DNA of 64,000 bases from Octopus vulgaris. Lineage: Eukaryota. Positions 28,123 through 41,775 of the stretch are shown one piece after another. A model generated the notes under the pieces. That model had not been told where the DNA came from, made no database searches, and saw only the letters and a list, made by a program, of their open reading frames with translations. The stretch is taken from assembly GCA_951406725.2 (NCBI GenBank), contig OX597827.1, positions 9,982,001 to 10,046,000 of the forward strand. Direction: 5' to 3'. Position numbers and translations under genes: made by a program. How positions within the stretch are numbered: position 1 is the stretch's first letter; each line of letters begins with the position of its first letter.

Positions 28123-28432
28123 TGTGTGTCTATAAGTATTGATATGTATATCAGAAAAGATCAAAGGATCAAAGGTACTCCTTGCGACAGGCTCCTAAGT
28201 ACAGTTTCTTGGATTATGCCACATATAGATAAATCTGCCCATCCTGGACAGGATGCCGTTCCATTACAGGATTACTTGTTATTGGCATCTGAATGGACTG
28301 GAACAACATGAAATTAAGTGTTTTGTTCAAGAACAGAACATATCACTTGCTCTAGGAATCAAAACCACAATCACATTCATGAGCGTGACACCCTAACTTC
28401 TATGGCATGTGCCTCCACATTGGTATATGCGC

Positions 28433-28783
<351 letters not shown>

Positions 28784-28935
28784 TCTGCTCGCTTAGCCAG
28801 CGGGGTGGTGTCATTTGAATGCTAAAACAATGCGAAGCGCATTGTGACCAGCGATGTGTAACAGCATCTGATAGCCTGGTCGGTCATGGTGATCACGGTG
28901 ATATATATATATGTATACACATACACACACACACT

Positions 28936-28971
<36 letters not shown>

Positions 28972-29439
28972 CATGGGTGGGGATTGTGGATGTAGCTGTA
29001 TCAGTGGTGCATGCATGTGTAAGTCTGTCGGCGTATGTGTGTTTGTGTGGATACGGGTGCTTATGTGATGTTTGTATATTTGTGAATAATTCTATACAAT
29101 TTTGTTTACAATGCTGTATCTATTGCCATTGTTATATATGATACATTAAAATTTTATCTTTGCAGGCATGCATGTATGCGCATACGTATTGTTATTTTTA
29201 ATGGGTTCTTTGAGTTTGGAAATTTCTACTGTGATCTTTGCATATGTTTCTATGTGCCTATGCATTATAATTTCGTTGTCATGTATATACGTGGGTAAGT
29301 TTGTGTATTTGTGCATGTTTGTGTATATGTACTTTCTTGTAATTGTTTTGTACATATGTGTGTGTCCATATACATATATATATAGATATATATAAATATA
29401 AATATATACATACATATATACGCACACACACATACATAC

Positions 29440-29480
<41 letters not shown>

Positions 29481-29598
29481 CATTCCTACCTCTCTATCTA
29501 TTGCTATATATATATGAATGTATGTATGTATGTATGATACAGAGTTTTACATGAATTGTCTATCTATCTATCTATCTATGTATCTATCTATTTGTCTG

Positions 29599-29703
<105 letters not shown>

Positions 29704-30259
29704 ATGTAGTATGTATACACACACACACTTATATATAATTGTACAAGTATTTCTACACACACACACACACACACACGCACATGCATCATATACATATATC
29801 TGTATCATACACATATATATATATGTATGTATGTGTGTTTATGTGTGAAAATGGATGGGTAAATCTATTGAATCACATGTAATCAACGAACCATTGATTA
29901 AAAGGTTTTTCGAACATTTTGTTAGGGTAAGGTCTGTGGGACAGGGAAGTGAAAGTGGGATAAAGGAAGAATGGGACAGAAATCGTGTGAACATGCGTGA
30001 GACATATACGAAAGATAGGTGGGATAGTTAACAAAAGAAATGTGTAACAGGTGAGAGGAAGGCAGCTTGAATGGGAAAGATGGAGTTGGGATGAACTGTT
30101 GTGGACAAGATGAAAGAAAGATAGATAAAGTGTATAAAAGGAAGAAACGGGAGTGATCAATGACAGAGAGTCCAAGACACAAAGGTAAAATGGTAAATGA
30201 ATGAAATGACTATGGGGAGAAAGAGGAACAAATATGAGAAAGATAAGGTAGTGTGAGAT

Positions 30260-30299
<40 letters not shown>

Positions 30300-30695
30300 T
30301 GATAAACAAGTTACAGACAGACGGAGAGATATACCAAAGTATTAATGAAAGAAAACTGGAGGTAAATTAAGAGTAAGAGACAGACAGAGCAAGACAGAGA
30401 GAAAGGGCGAGAAAGCGAGGAAGAGAGAGAGAGAGAGAGAAAGAGAGAGTGAGAAAGAGAATGGGAGATGAGAGAGGAAGAGGAAAAGAGAGGTTAGATG
30501 ATGAAGAGTGAAAAGTATAGCTGCCCCCTCCCCACTATATTGACTGTCAAAAAAATTAAGAGAAAAAGAGAGAATAACAATCGTGTAAGAAAAAGAAGAC
30601 GAAGACGGATCAAAGATTGTAAGTATTCATTCAGGGAAAAGAAATAAGTAAAATAACATCTTCAGTTAAATGTCATTCATAAAATACATGATACA

Positions 30696-30776
<81 letters not shown>

Positions 30777-30971
30777 ATATATATATATATATATTTACTT
30801 ATAGACACACATATATCTATATGCTTGTTTGTATAATTGTATATACACACACACACACACACATATATATATACATACATGCATGTATGCGTATTTGCAT
30901 ATATCTGTGTCTACATCTAACTGTATACATGTCTATATGCACATATGTATGAATGTGTGTGTGTATATAGT

Positions 30972-31036
<65 letters not shown>

Positions 31037-31882
31037 TGTATGTACATATAGATGTGTATGTATATATATATATATATATATATGCTAGCATGGAAAGCGG
31101 ACGCTAAGCGATGATGATATATATATACATACGTGTATTTATATATTTATATATATGTATATATATTTAAATATGTATATATATGTGTGTGTATGTATAT
31201 ATGTATGTATGTATGTATATTTATATCACAAGTACATACAGACATTTCACACACCCCATATCCATACGTACATATACATGCTCATGTGTTCTTTAACTTC
31301 ATCGAACAAAACACAAACAGAATTTTGCTGGAAAACATGCGTGTTCTTTACAAAATACCAATAAACATAACAGTCTAAATTTTCCAGACGACTGATTTCA
31401 GCAATCCTGAGCCTTCATATACGCTTTAAACTATATTTGAGAATGTTTCAATAAAGAAATATTTTCAGCTGACCTATTCTCTCAAACATATATATATATA
31501 TTACACATAGCCCCAGGCTGGGTTTGAACTTCAAATCATTTTTCTCTAATGCAGTGTTTAAATCATATAAGCTGCAATGCAAAAAGTTTGGAAATTTTGT
31601 ATTATCATCATAACTGTCATAAACAACTTCTGTAAAATTATCATTTAGATGTGTTATAACATGAAAGTCAGGTACAAAATCTCAGGTGTGTTTAATGTTC
31701 AGAAATACGATGCTTCTATAGTGAAATGTTGATAAGTTTCTAAGTAAAGCAATAAAATCGTGTTTCTTTAATGAGAAAGCATACCTGAAAAACTTTTAAG
31801 TATATAGTCTGTGCATGTTTGTGTGTATAAAAGGATATAGATAGATAGATAGATAGAGAGATAAATAGATAGATAGATAGAG

Positions 31883-31922
<40 letters not shown>

Positions 31923-31929
31923 TGGCAGG

Positions 31930-31965
<36 letters not shown>

Positions 31966-32403
31966 CAAACAGAAAGATGGATAGAGAGACAGATAGCCCA
32001 CCAGCCAGCCAGCCAGATAGATAGCTAGCTAGGTAGACAAATATATAATGTATACCTTTGAAGAAATTTTGATTAATTTTGTACACCTGAAAATATGTCT
32101 TCACGCACATATTTTAACACATATATGCACATACATACACAGGTGCACCCACACATACGCACACTCATACACACACACGGTACCTAATATGTGTTGCTCA
32201 TATTCATTTTGCATACTTTTTTGTGTTTTCTGAATGTGTAAATGATTTTACTTAGTCCTGTAAGAGCAAAGAAAAGAAGGAAAAAACTCTGAAATAAAAA
32301 TCAGATATATCTACATATACATACAAATATGTGTTTGTGTATGTGTTTTGAAAATGTAAATAAAATTTCATCAAAATAAAAATAAAATATTTGCAATACT
32401 CAC

Positions 32404-32502
32404 CACATGGAAAGATCCATAAAATTGAAGACAATCCGTTGACTACAGATTATAAGTACCGGACAAATATAGCCACGAGTGGCCAAAGTGCCAAAATTTG
32501 TA
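32404..32502 (-). other. Candidate 99-nt spliced exon (minus strand)
   Basis: Acceptor TGATTTTTTTCCTCACAG| and donor GTG|GTGAGT; non-repetitive sequence; one fully open frame (TNFGTLATRGYICPVLIICSQRIVFNFMDLSM), no recognised homology. Confidence 0.45.
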
Positions 32503-33021
32503 CTGTGAGGAAAAAAATCAATCAAGTGAGAGAGGTAGAGGGAGAGAGAGAAGGAGAGAAAGAGGGGGAGAGAGAGAGAGAGCAAGAGATAAAGAGGAGT
32601 GAGGCAAATCAAAGCCTGGTTGATTAAGTTACTTATGTTTGTTGTTGGAGAGATTTTAAAAATAAAGCAAATGAAAACAAAAGATAAGAAAAGTGCTGCT
32701 AATGAAGTGAAAGTTGTCTGTGTGTGTGGAAGTGGTTGGTAGCGGTAATAGTGATGGAGTTGTTGAAAAAAAAACAAAACAAAGTTAAGTAATTCTTGAA
32801 CAGGTAATAACTGAGAGCGTTTGTCACCAACTCCTTGCAATTTACAAACTGTGTGAAGTAAGTGTTCTTACATCCCCCGAAAACTGTGAAGTGTCACACT
32901 CGAAGTAGTGAGTGATTCTCTTTCTCTCGCACCCAACTTCCGCGAGAAAGCAAGCAAGCACGCACGCACGCACGCAACAAACAACATCAACAGCAAACAT
33001 TCGGGGTTTTAAGATTTGCAA

Positions 33022-33378
33022 AGGTGGTGGTGGTGGCGGTGGCAGTGGCAGTGGTGGTGGTGGTGGTGGTGGTGGTGGTGGTGGTGGTGGTGGTGGTGGT
33101 AGTGGTGGTGGTGGTGGTGGTTGCTGTGTTGATAGTTGTTAGGGTGGTAGTGATAGTGGTGGTAGTGGTGGTAGATGTGGTGATGGTGGTGGTGGTGGTG
33201 GTGGTGGTTGCTGTGTTGATAGTTGTTAGGGTGGTAGTGGTGGTAGAGGTGGTGATGGTGGTGGTGGTGGTGGTGGTGGTGGTGATAGTGGTGATAGTGG
33301 TGGTAGTGATAGTGGTTGTAGTGGTGGTAGAGGTGGTGGTGATGGTGGTGGTGGTGGTGGTGGTGGTGGTGGTGGTAG
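33022..33378. repeat. (GGT)n-rich tract with internal duplication
   Basis: Direct reading; GTTGCTGTGTTGATAGTTGTTAGGGTGGTAGTG occurs twice. Confidence 0.9.
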
Positions 33379-33534
33379 CAAAGGTATTGTGAATGTTGTC
33401 ACTTGTGAGAGAGGAAGAAGAAAAGGAGATTGAAGAGAAAGTGAAAGTTAAAGAGAAGTGAGTTAATGGGGAAAGAGAAGCAGAAAGATAGTGAGAGAGG
33501 AAAGGCAGAAAACTAGAGAGAGAGAGAGACAGAG

Positions 33535-33566
<32 letters not shown>

Positions 33567-34183
33567 CAGGGTGAAAGATAGAAAGAGAGAAAATAAAGTA
33601 TTAGATAGAATGAAAGTGAGCCAAAGAGAGATAAATAAGTAGTGGAGAGATAGGAGAGAGAAAGAGAGAGAGCGAGAGAGAAAGGGAGAGAGAGAAAGGG
33701 AAGGAGAGAAAAAAGTGGAGCTGTTTTGATGTGTGTTTTCAGAGAAGATGTGTATTCTAGTGTTTGAGCCGTTGCATTACTGCTGCAGTTATACGGCAGC
33801 AGCGTTGTGTCGTTCGCTTCTGCGATGCCAAGTCAATAAAAGAGAGAGAGAGAGAGAAAGAAAAGTGGACTCTACTTTGCTACCAACTACCGTTTGTTTG
33901 GAATGTGTGCTGGAACTGAGAAAAAGCTGATTAATTGTCACATGGAAGGAGAACAGAAACTCTCTACATCTGATTTCGACTGCATTTGTCTAAATTAGAG
34001 AAAAACCAAAAATGTAAACTTCCTCACGTACCAGCAGACATAGATATAAAGCATACAAACATACAAATGTTCTGATAATTAAATTTAAGAGAATTTTTGT
34101 TGTTTTGTAAACTAGATTTCAGTACGGGGACATTTCAGTAGAAGTTTGGTGTAACAGATATCAATGATAATAATAATAATAAC

Positions 34184-34266
<83 letters not shown>

Positions 34267-34329
34267 TAATAATAATAAAAAAAATAATAATGATGATAAT
34301 GATGATGATGATGATGATGATGATGATAA

Positions 34330-35157
34330 TAATTTCATTTATTTTCTACAAGTGCAAAGGATGTGGGGGACAATAAAAAGACAGACATAAAGTGCGGGGG
34401 TTTGCATATAATGATAAAAATTTTTTTTTTAAATGAAAGAACAAGAATTTAAGTATACACGGTATGCACTGATAAAGAAAGGACACATGCATAGCGTACC
34501 AAGTTTAAAAAAAAAAGAGATGTGGTCCTCCTGATACAGGAAGGCCCCTATGGATACACAAGGCACCCCACTTCTCTGAGATTTCCCTGTAAACTCTCCA
34601 GGAGCAAGTGCCCTCTCCAATTCCTTCTCTCCGATTCACAGGTCTACACTTAGCAAGGTACCATCCACTCTTGCCATTTTCACAACTTTCACCCACCTTT
34701 CATAAAAAAATCACTCAAATCCAGCATTTCCCTCTCTACTTTCAATTTCCTTTTCAAGTGAAACTCCAAGAAGTCAATGAGAGCTCTACCAAAGAGGAAT
34801 GTATCTGTCCTCATGCCTTTCAGCCTTGTCCACCAAACAACCTCTTTCGCCACAGCCACCAGACAAAGGAGAACTGCCTTGCCTGCCTGATTGAAGTAGG
34901 GTGGTGGTACAATCATCACTACTAACTCAGCTGGGTCCATCCCATACATGACAGCAGCTGTTCGACATGACTCTGTAAGTCAGCAATGCCTGGACACTGA
35001 ATGAGAGTCTGCAGAATGTTTTTGTCACTCTGAGCACACCTTGGATAAGCCCATCTGACAGCACATCCATGCTTGTAGAGTTTATCTCAAACTGCCAAGT
35101 CAAAGACATCTGGAAATTATTCGTGATAATGCCCAATGGAAAGTCCTCCTGAACAGC

Positions 35158-35158
<1 letters not shown>
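34330..35158 (-). mobile_element. Tx1/L1-like LINE 3' fragment inserted in (TAA)n
   Basis: Minus ORF LLCLVAVAKEVVWWTRLKG..LIDFLEFHLKRKLKVERE; minus-strand AATAAA near 34340; paralogous to 39690-40325; TAA repeats on both sides. Confidence 0.7.
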
Positions 35159-35206
<48 letters not shown>

Positions 35207-35331
35207 GAAGAAGAAGAAGAAGAAGAAGAATAAGAATAGTAATCCTTTCTACTATAGGCACAAGCTCTGAAATTGGGGCAGGGGACTAGTCGATCACATT
35301 GACCCCAGTTTTCAACTGGTATTTATTTTAT

Positions 35332-35562
35332 TGGCGGTGAGCTGGCAGAAACGTTAGCATGCTGGTCGAAATGCTTAGCGGTATTTCGTCTGCGTTACGT
35401 TGTGAGTTCGAATTACGCCGAGGTCGACTTTGCTTTTCATCCTTTTGGGGTCGATAAATTAAGTACCAGTTACACACTGGAGCCGATGTAATCGACTTAA
35501 TACCTATGTCTGTCCTTGTTTGTCCCCTCTGTGTTTAGCCCCTTGTGGGTAATAAAGAAATA
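35332..35562 (+). mobile_element. SINE family B (Meta/MESC-like) inserted into an antisense SINE B, 14-bp TSD
   Basis: TSD GGTATTTATTTTAT at 35318-35331 and 35563-35576; host minus-strand copy spans ~35241-35615. Confidence 0.85.
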
Positions 35563-35618
35563 GGTATTTATTTTATCGATCTCAAATGGATGAAAGACAA
35601 AGTTGACCTCAGTTGAAT

Positions 35619-35703
<85 letters not shown>

Positions 35704-36078
35704 GTTAGGGCACAATGTCAGATTTTTTGAAAGGGTGACAGTTGATTAAATTGACACCAGTATTTCAATTAGTCAGTACCACATCAAGGTGTGGTGGTTT
35801 GCTCAGGATAACATTGTGTCTGCTGTTTAAGTTGTTTTAAGGAATAGCTGGGGATGGGGGGAACACAGCAAGCTTAAGACGTGCCCCGGGTTGTACACAC
35901 TATAGCTATACCTCTAGATATAGTATTTTATATTCTTTGTACTGTTGAGTTGGTAGAACCGCTAATGTGCTGGGCAAAATGTCTAGTGGGATTTCATTCG
36001 TCTGTATGTTCTGAGTTCAAATTCTATCGAGATTATTTTTGCCTTTCAACTTTTTTTGGTGGGGCGATAAAATAAGTA

Positions 36079-36313
36079 CAGTAATCCCTTGCCATATCAT
36101 GGTTCCCCTAAGATGGGGTTCACCTATTGTGGTTCGCTTATCATGGTTTATTATTTAAACTTACATTGATTCCTCAGTGGTGTAAAATAAATATATACAA
36201 ATTATAAAAATAATGAAAAAAATATACAGTACAGTACTGTTTCTATTTCACAGATTTTTACCTATTGCAGGTGGCTTGGGAATGTAACACCTGCAATAGT
36301 TGAGGGATTACTG
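36079..36313. mobile_element. Tigger/pogo-like MITE nested in SINE B
   Basis: TA|CAGTAATCCCT...AGGGATTACTG|TA; splits the SINE motif AAAATAAGTA/CAGTT. Confidence 0.85.
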
Positions 36314-36701
36314 TAGCAGTTTATCACTAGGGCCAATATAGTTGCCTTAACTCATCCCTCTAAACTGCCAACATTGCGCGAAAATCTTAAACCCTTACAT
36401 TTGTCCTGGAAGATTTCAAAGTTAAGCTGACCTTTGTGAGATTTGAACTTATTACGTTAAGAGCCAGGACAAATATCACAAAGCAATTTCTCTGATGTTC
36501 TTACAATTTTGCCAGTTCCCTATTCTTCATAGCGTCTTTAATTCAGACATAAAACGAGCAGTTTTGAGAAAGAGGGATTTAGAGAAATATCTGTTGTACC
36601 AAACTTCTGAAATATCACATCACAAATCTAGATACAAAACAAACCAAAAGTCCTCTTAAATTTAATCCTCAGAACATTTGTATGTTTGAATGTTTTATAT
36701 C

Positions 36702-36753
<52 letters not shown>

Positions 36754-36965
36754 CTTTTCTACTATAGGCACAAGATCTGAAATTCGGGGGAGGGGATTAG
36801 TCAATTACATTGACCCCAGTGTTTTACTGGTATTCAATTTATCAACCCTGAAAAGATGAAAGGCAAAGTTGACCTCAACGGAATTTGAACTCAGAATGTA
36901 AAGTTGGACAAAATGCCACTAAGCATTTTGCCCAGCATGCTAGCAATTTTACCAGCTCACCATCT
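36754..36965 (-). mobile_element. SINE family B
   Basis: Reverse complement of the family B consensus, between (TAA)n tracts. Confidence 0.8.
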
Positions 36966-36979
36966 TAATAATAATAATG

Positions 36980-37021
<42 letters not shown>

Positions 37022-37045
37022 GTAATAATAATAATAATAATACAA

Positions 37046-37560
37046 GTACCAGACAGTGGCTCTAATGGCTTCTGATCTTAACTGACTGGAAGTGCCATCA
37101 TGTACATTGTTTTGTCTTGGTATAAAAGATGGGCTACAGCAAATATTCTACTCAATACCACAGATTTGTTCGTCAGTTGTTTGACCATAACCAGTTGAGC
37201 ATGTCCTTTGGTGGCAGACGATATGCGCATCTCTGATCATGAGCAGAAGTAGCCATGTGTTGAGAGTAATTCTTTGGGGTTTGGATAATTCACCTCAATG
37301 TCCTTGAACAATCCTTATTCAAAGACCTTTTGAGCGGAATGAGCTACTCAACTTGAAGAAAATTCTAACTGGGCCTCACCTGCATGGTCATGTGCTGTTC
37401 ATCTTGATATGAGATCACCATGTCATGCACATATGGTTGTGATGCATGTGCCTGGTGTAACTTTATCAGATGGGTAGTTATGATGGGCATACTTATATTA
37501 TGATGGGCTTCATATATTTTACCCCAGTGTCACTTTATTAGCATGCACTACTCTCTCAAT
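37046..37560 (+). mobile_element. Non-coding repeat inserted in (TAA)n, probably the 3' region of a non-LTR element
   Basis: Flanked by TAA repeats; a second partial antisense copy is at ~57160-57280 (CTGCTCATGATCAGAGATGCACATATCGTC). Confidence 0.55.
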
Positions 37561-38044
37561 AGTAATATTAATAATCCTTTCTTCCATAGGCAAGGGTCTG
37601 AAATTTTGCAAGGAGAGGCTAGTTTACAATTTTTCAAATTGAAATCAATTCAGAGGAAAGATAAAATTTTGAATCAGCCCCACTTCTTGATAAGTAATTT
37701 ATTTTATTGACTCTTGATGGATGAAAGGCAAAGCTGGTTACAGCAGGTTTTGAACCCAGTATGTGAAGAACTATAACTTAACTATCACATAATACTCTCT
37801 ATTTATTATGTCAATTTTTTCCCTTTAGTTACAAGACTGTGCTTTTTAGAGGAAAGAGTATGGTTGATTAAATCAATTTTAGAGTGTGACCGGTACTTCA
37901 GACAGCAAAACAAAGAAATTCAAAGTCAACCTATGTTGGGATTAGAAATCCAAATGTATAAAGAAAAAACCAAACACCACATGGCATTTAGACTATACTA
38001 TTTCGGTAATCCCATCTCATATTAATAGCAATAGCAGCATCAAT

Positions 38045-38099
38045 AATAATGATGATGATAATCATAGTAGTAGTAGTAGTAGCAGCAGCAGCAGCAGTG

Positions 38100-38149
<50 letters not shown>

Positions 38150-38150
38150 G

Positions 38151-38215
<65 letters not shown>

Positions 38216-38219
38216 GGTG

Positions 38220-38268
<49 letters not shown>
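38045..38268. repeat. Compound (TAG)n/(TGG)n/(CAG)n trinucleotide array
   Basis: Direct reading; alternating blocks suggest a ~70-bp duplication. Confidence 0.95.
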
Positions 38269-38319
38269 ATTAGTGCACCAAAGCAACATTTTGGACAGGG
38301 AAAACTCATTTCTACATCA

Positions 38320-39285
38320 TCTATTATGCTAAATGACAACGCTATTATCAAAGAATTCGACCAAGATGGAGCACACGAATATCTGGGAATAAATTATGGG
38401 AAAGAGATCCAACACAGTGCCATGAAGGAAAAAAATCAGGAAAGAATATTATGGGAGAATAAGACTGATTATGAAAACAGAACTGAATTCCCAGAATAGA
38501 ATTCAAGCCATTAATTCACTTGCTGTCCCAGTACAGAATAGTTATAATATAATTAACTGGAATATAAAATTAACTGGAATAGAAAACTAATGACAGCAAA
38601 CAGGATGTATCATCCAAAAGATGATGTTCATAGAATCTATGTTCCCTGAAAAGAGGGTGGTAGAGGTCTCATCCAGCTAGAATTATCCTACAAGACCACC
38701 ACAATAGGAGTTAATTCATACATCCAGGATAACTACGACTGGATGATGCAGTTGGAAAATCAACATGAAGGGAACAAAAAGCTACATTTTTGTCATTAAA
38801 GAGGCACAGAAGTATAAAAGAGAACTAGACTTAGATGTAAAGGATAATGCCAAAGCTGTAATAGCAACTGAAGCAGCAAAACGCAACAAACAAAAAGCTA
38901 AAAGAGAAGGCCTGAAAAAGCTTATAAACAAATGGCAAGAGAAACCACTCCATGGTCAATATCCCAAATAAACAAAAGAAGCAGATTCAGATAAAGAAGG
39001 AATGCATCAGTGATTGTGTAGTTCAGGTTGAAAGGCAGAAACTGAAGGTTTTATAATGGCATCTCAGTATTAATCTCTACTCACAGCAAACGTTGTCCAC
39101 AATGGTGTTGACAAAAACTGTAGATTATGTGATAATGGTATTGAAATCATTGACCAGCATCGTGGCTGGATGCGCTAAAGTTGCAATAACCAAGTACAAG
39201 CCCAGACATGACCAAATAGGGAAGCACCTACATTGGAACATCTGTTGTCATTGACATTCTCCTTCCTAAAACTGGTATGAACACC
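38320..39285 (+). mobile_element. Decayed R4/Dong-clade retrotransposon (RT C-terminus and CCHC zinc knuckle)
   Basis: Frameshifted motifs YLGI, IQAINSLAVP, EGGRGLIQLE, KWQEKPLHGQYP, LKAETEGFIMASQ, CRLC..IEIID, RHDQIG..LHWNIC. Confidence 0.8.
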
Positions 39286-39622
39286 AAACAAAAAGGATGA
39301 AATGCAAAGTCAACCATGGTAGAATTTGAACCAAAAATGTGATGAACAAAATGCCACCAAGCAGTTTGCCAAATATGCTAAAAGTTTTGCCGGCTTGCCA
39401 GGCACAAGGTCTGAAATGTTTGGGAAATGAACACAAGACGAGCAATTTTATTGTGTGTGTGTGTGGGGGGGGGGCGAGTCAATCACATTGACCACAGTGC
39501 TCCCACTAGTTCTTATTTTGCTGACCCCAAAAGGATGAAAGGCGAAGTAGAATTTGAGCTCAGAATGTAAAGAACTAGAAGAGATGCCACTAAGCATTTT
39601 GTCCAGTTCAGTGATGACTAAT

Positions 39623-39687
<65 letters not shown>

Positions 39688-39689
39688 TA

Positions 39690-40325
39690 ATTTCTGTATT
39701 GGCCACAATGGTCAAACACAAACACAAATAGGGGCAATGCAAAACAAGGGACATGTGGGGTTTAATACAAAAATCAAGTAAACAATAAAATAACAAGGAC
39801 AATTAACCAGAAAGTTCTAACAACTGAAATCCCCAACTGGGGGAGTTCCACCCAGGGCCAACCAAAGCACCCCACACATCCTGGTCACCCTGACCACCAA
39901 GATCACCTCAGACAGGCACCTCTTCCTCTAAACCACTCCAGCCTTCAAGCGAATGTTCAGAGTAGGCCCATTCACATCGGCCATTTTCACCTCATTCAGC
40001 AACCTGTTAACAAAATTATTGGGGAGCTGTACTTCCCTCTCCACTCTCATTTTCCTTTCCAAGTGGAACTTAAAAAAGTCGATGAGGTCCTGACTGAAGG
40101 GAAAAGTATCTGTCTTCAATCCTTTCAGCTTCGTCCACCACACTACCTCTTTCACTATAGCCACCAGGCAGAGGAAAACTTCCTTTCCCTCTCGACCTAA
40201 AGACGGCAGCAGTGTGATCCTCACGATGGACTCAGCAGATAGCCAGATCCGTCCAACACACATCAACAACTGTTCAACAAAGCTCCACAAGTCTGCAATG
40301 CCCAGACACTGAACGAGTGCATGCC
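39690..40325 (-). mobile_element. Tx1/L1-like LINE 3' fragment
   Basis: ORF 39928-40371 HALVQC..LW..FLCLVAIVKEVVWWTKLKG; 3' end abuts (TAA)n. Confidence 0.7.
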
Positions 40326-40936
40326 AAAAGGATGACAAGTCGACCTTGATGGGATTTTGAAAGCAGAGCATAAAACTTCAGGATCAGTTCAGCAACGAAG
40401 TTTCACCAATGTTCTAACAATACCGTCAGCTCCTCACCTGTTCATTTAATATCTGTATTTGCATGTTGGCATGAGTTGAATGGGTGTTTATCTGAGACAT
40501 GATTTTACAGCCAGATTTTCTTGGTGTCATGAATTTTTACCAGTTTTGCAAGAATGAGATTTTGCATTCTATGTGTTTTCATTATGCTAACCAACCATAA
40601 TGTTAGCAAGGAATGTAGACACTACACCACCATTTTGCTTAGAGAGACACATTTGAAACTATGGAATGTAAGCCGACACACACACACACAAACATCTACA
40701 TACATATACATATATGCACAAACACACACATGCATGGACACACATGCACATGCACACACAAATACGCATGTGTATGTGTGCATGCACACACACACACACA
40801 CACACAAACACACAAACATATACGGCCTGCTTCTGCATAGTTTCCATGTAACAATTCGTGTATGAAATATCTGTCAGCTCAAGGCTCTTGTAGAAGACAA
40901 TTGCCCATGTTGATATAATGTAAAGCTGAAACTGAA

Positions 40937-40968
<32 letters not shown>

Positions 40969-41373
40969 AAGTTTGAAGCAATAGTCACTAACATTAATAC
41001 AAGGTAGCATATTTTTTTGTTCACTGTAAAGAACTGATACCAGTTAAAATTTGATGGCAGAATCGTGAGTGCACCAGGCAAAATGCCTAGTGGCATTTTG
41101 TCCATCTACACATTCTGAGTTCAATGCAGCTGAGGTTGACATTACCTTTGGTCATTTTGGTGTCAATAAAATAAGTAACAGTTGAGCATTAGGGTTGATG
41201 TAAAGGACTAGCCCCTACCCACCAAATTTCAGGCCTCATGGTTACAGTAGAAAGGATCATTATTATGGCCGTCAGTTGAGAAAGCCATACTTGACCTTAG
41301 CTCCATATTTTGTTTTTGAAAATCGTCAGTTTTCACTGGTAAATTGTGTTGCTTTCCTGTCGCTTTTACACAG

Positions 41374-41403
41374 GTTGGAGAATACAGGATCCTTCTTCTG
41401 CTG
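41374..41403 (+). other. Candidate 30-nt frame-preserving microexon
   Basis: CTTTCCTGTCGCTTTTACACAG|GTTGGAGAATACAGGATCCTTCTTCTGCTG|GTGAGT; strong acceptor and donor; no stop in any frame. Confidence 0.5.
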
Positions 41404-41514
41404 GTGAGTTCCTTTTTTATTAAAAGTCCCCCTATGACTATGATTTCACTTGGCTTGTCGTGTTTTCTCAAGTGCAGTAAATCGTCAAAAGTCTTGATCT
41501 CTTTTCAACTCTGC

Positions 41515-41775
41515 AGCACTCAATATCTGAAAAGCACGCTACATCACCTCATCCTATGTTTCCTGGTTCTACTTCTTCCACAGGTTCCCTCCACAGAGAT
41601 CAGCGCTTCTTTATGCAGCTGTCCTCGTCCATATGCATCACATAACCATACCAGTGCAGTCTTCTCTCTTGCTCACCACATCTGATGCCTTTTATACCCG
41701 ATTTTTCTTTCAAGATGTTTATACTCCGTTGTATGTGCACACTGACATTGCATATCGAGCAAAGCATTCTAGCTT
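41515..41775 (-). mobile_element. RTE LINE 3' fragment
   Basis: ERNEARML..LKEKSGIKGIR..ERRLHWYGYVMHMDED, the typical RTE ORF C-terminus (RLRWYGHV-like). Confidence 0.75.
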
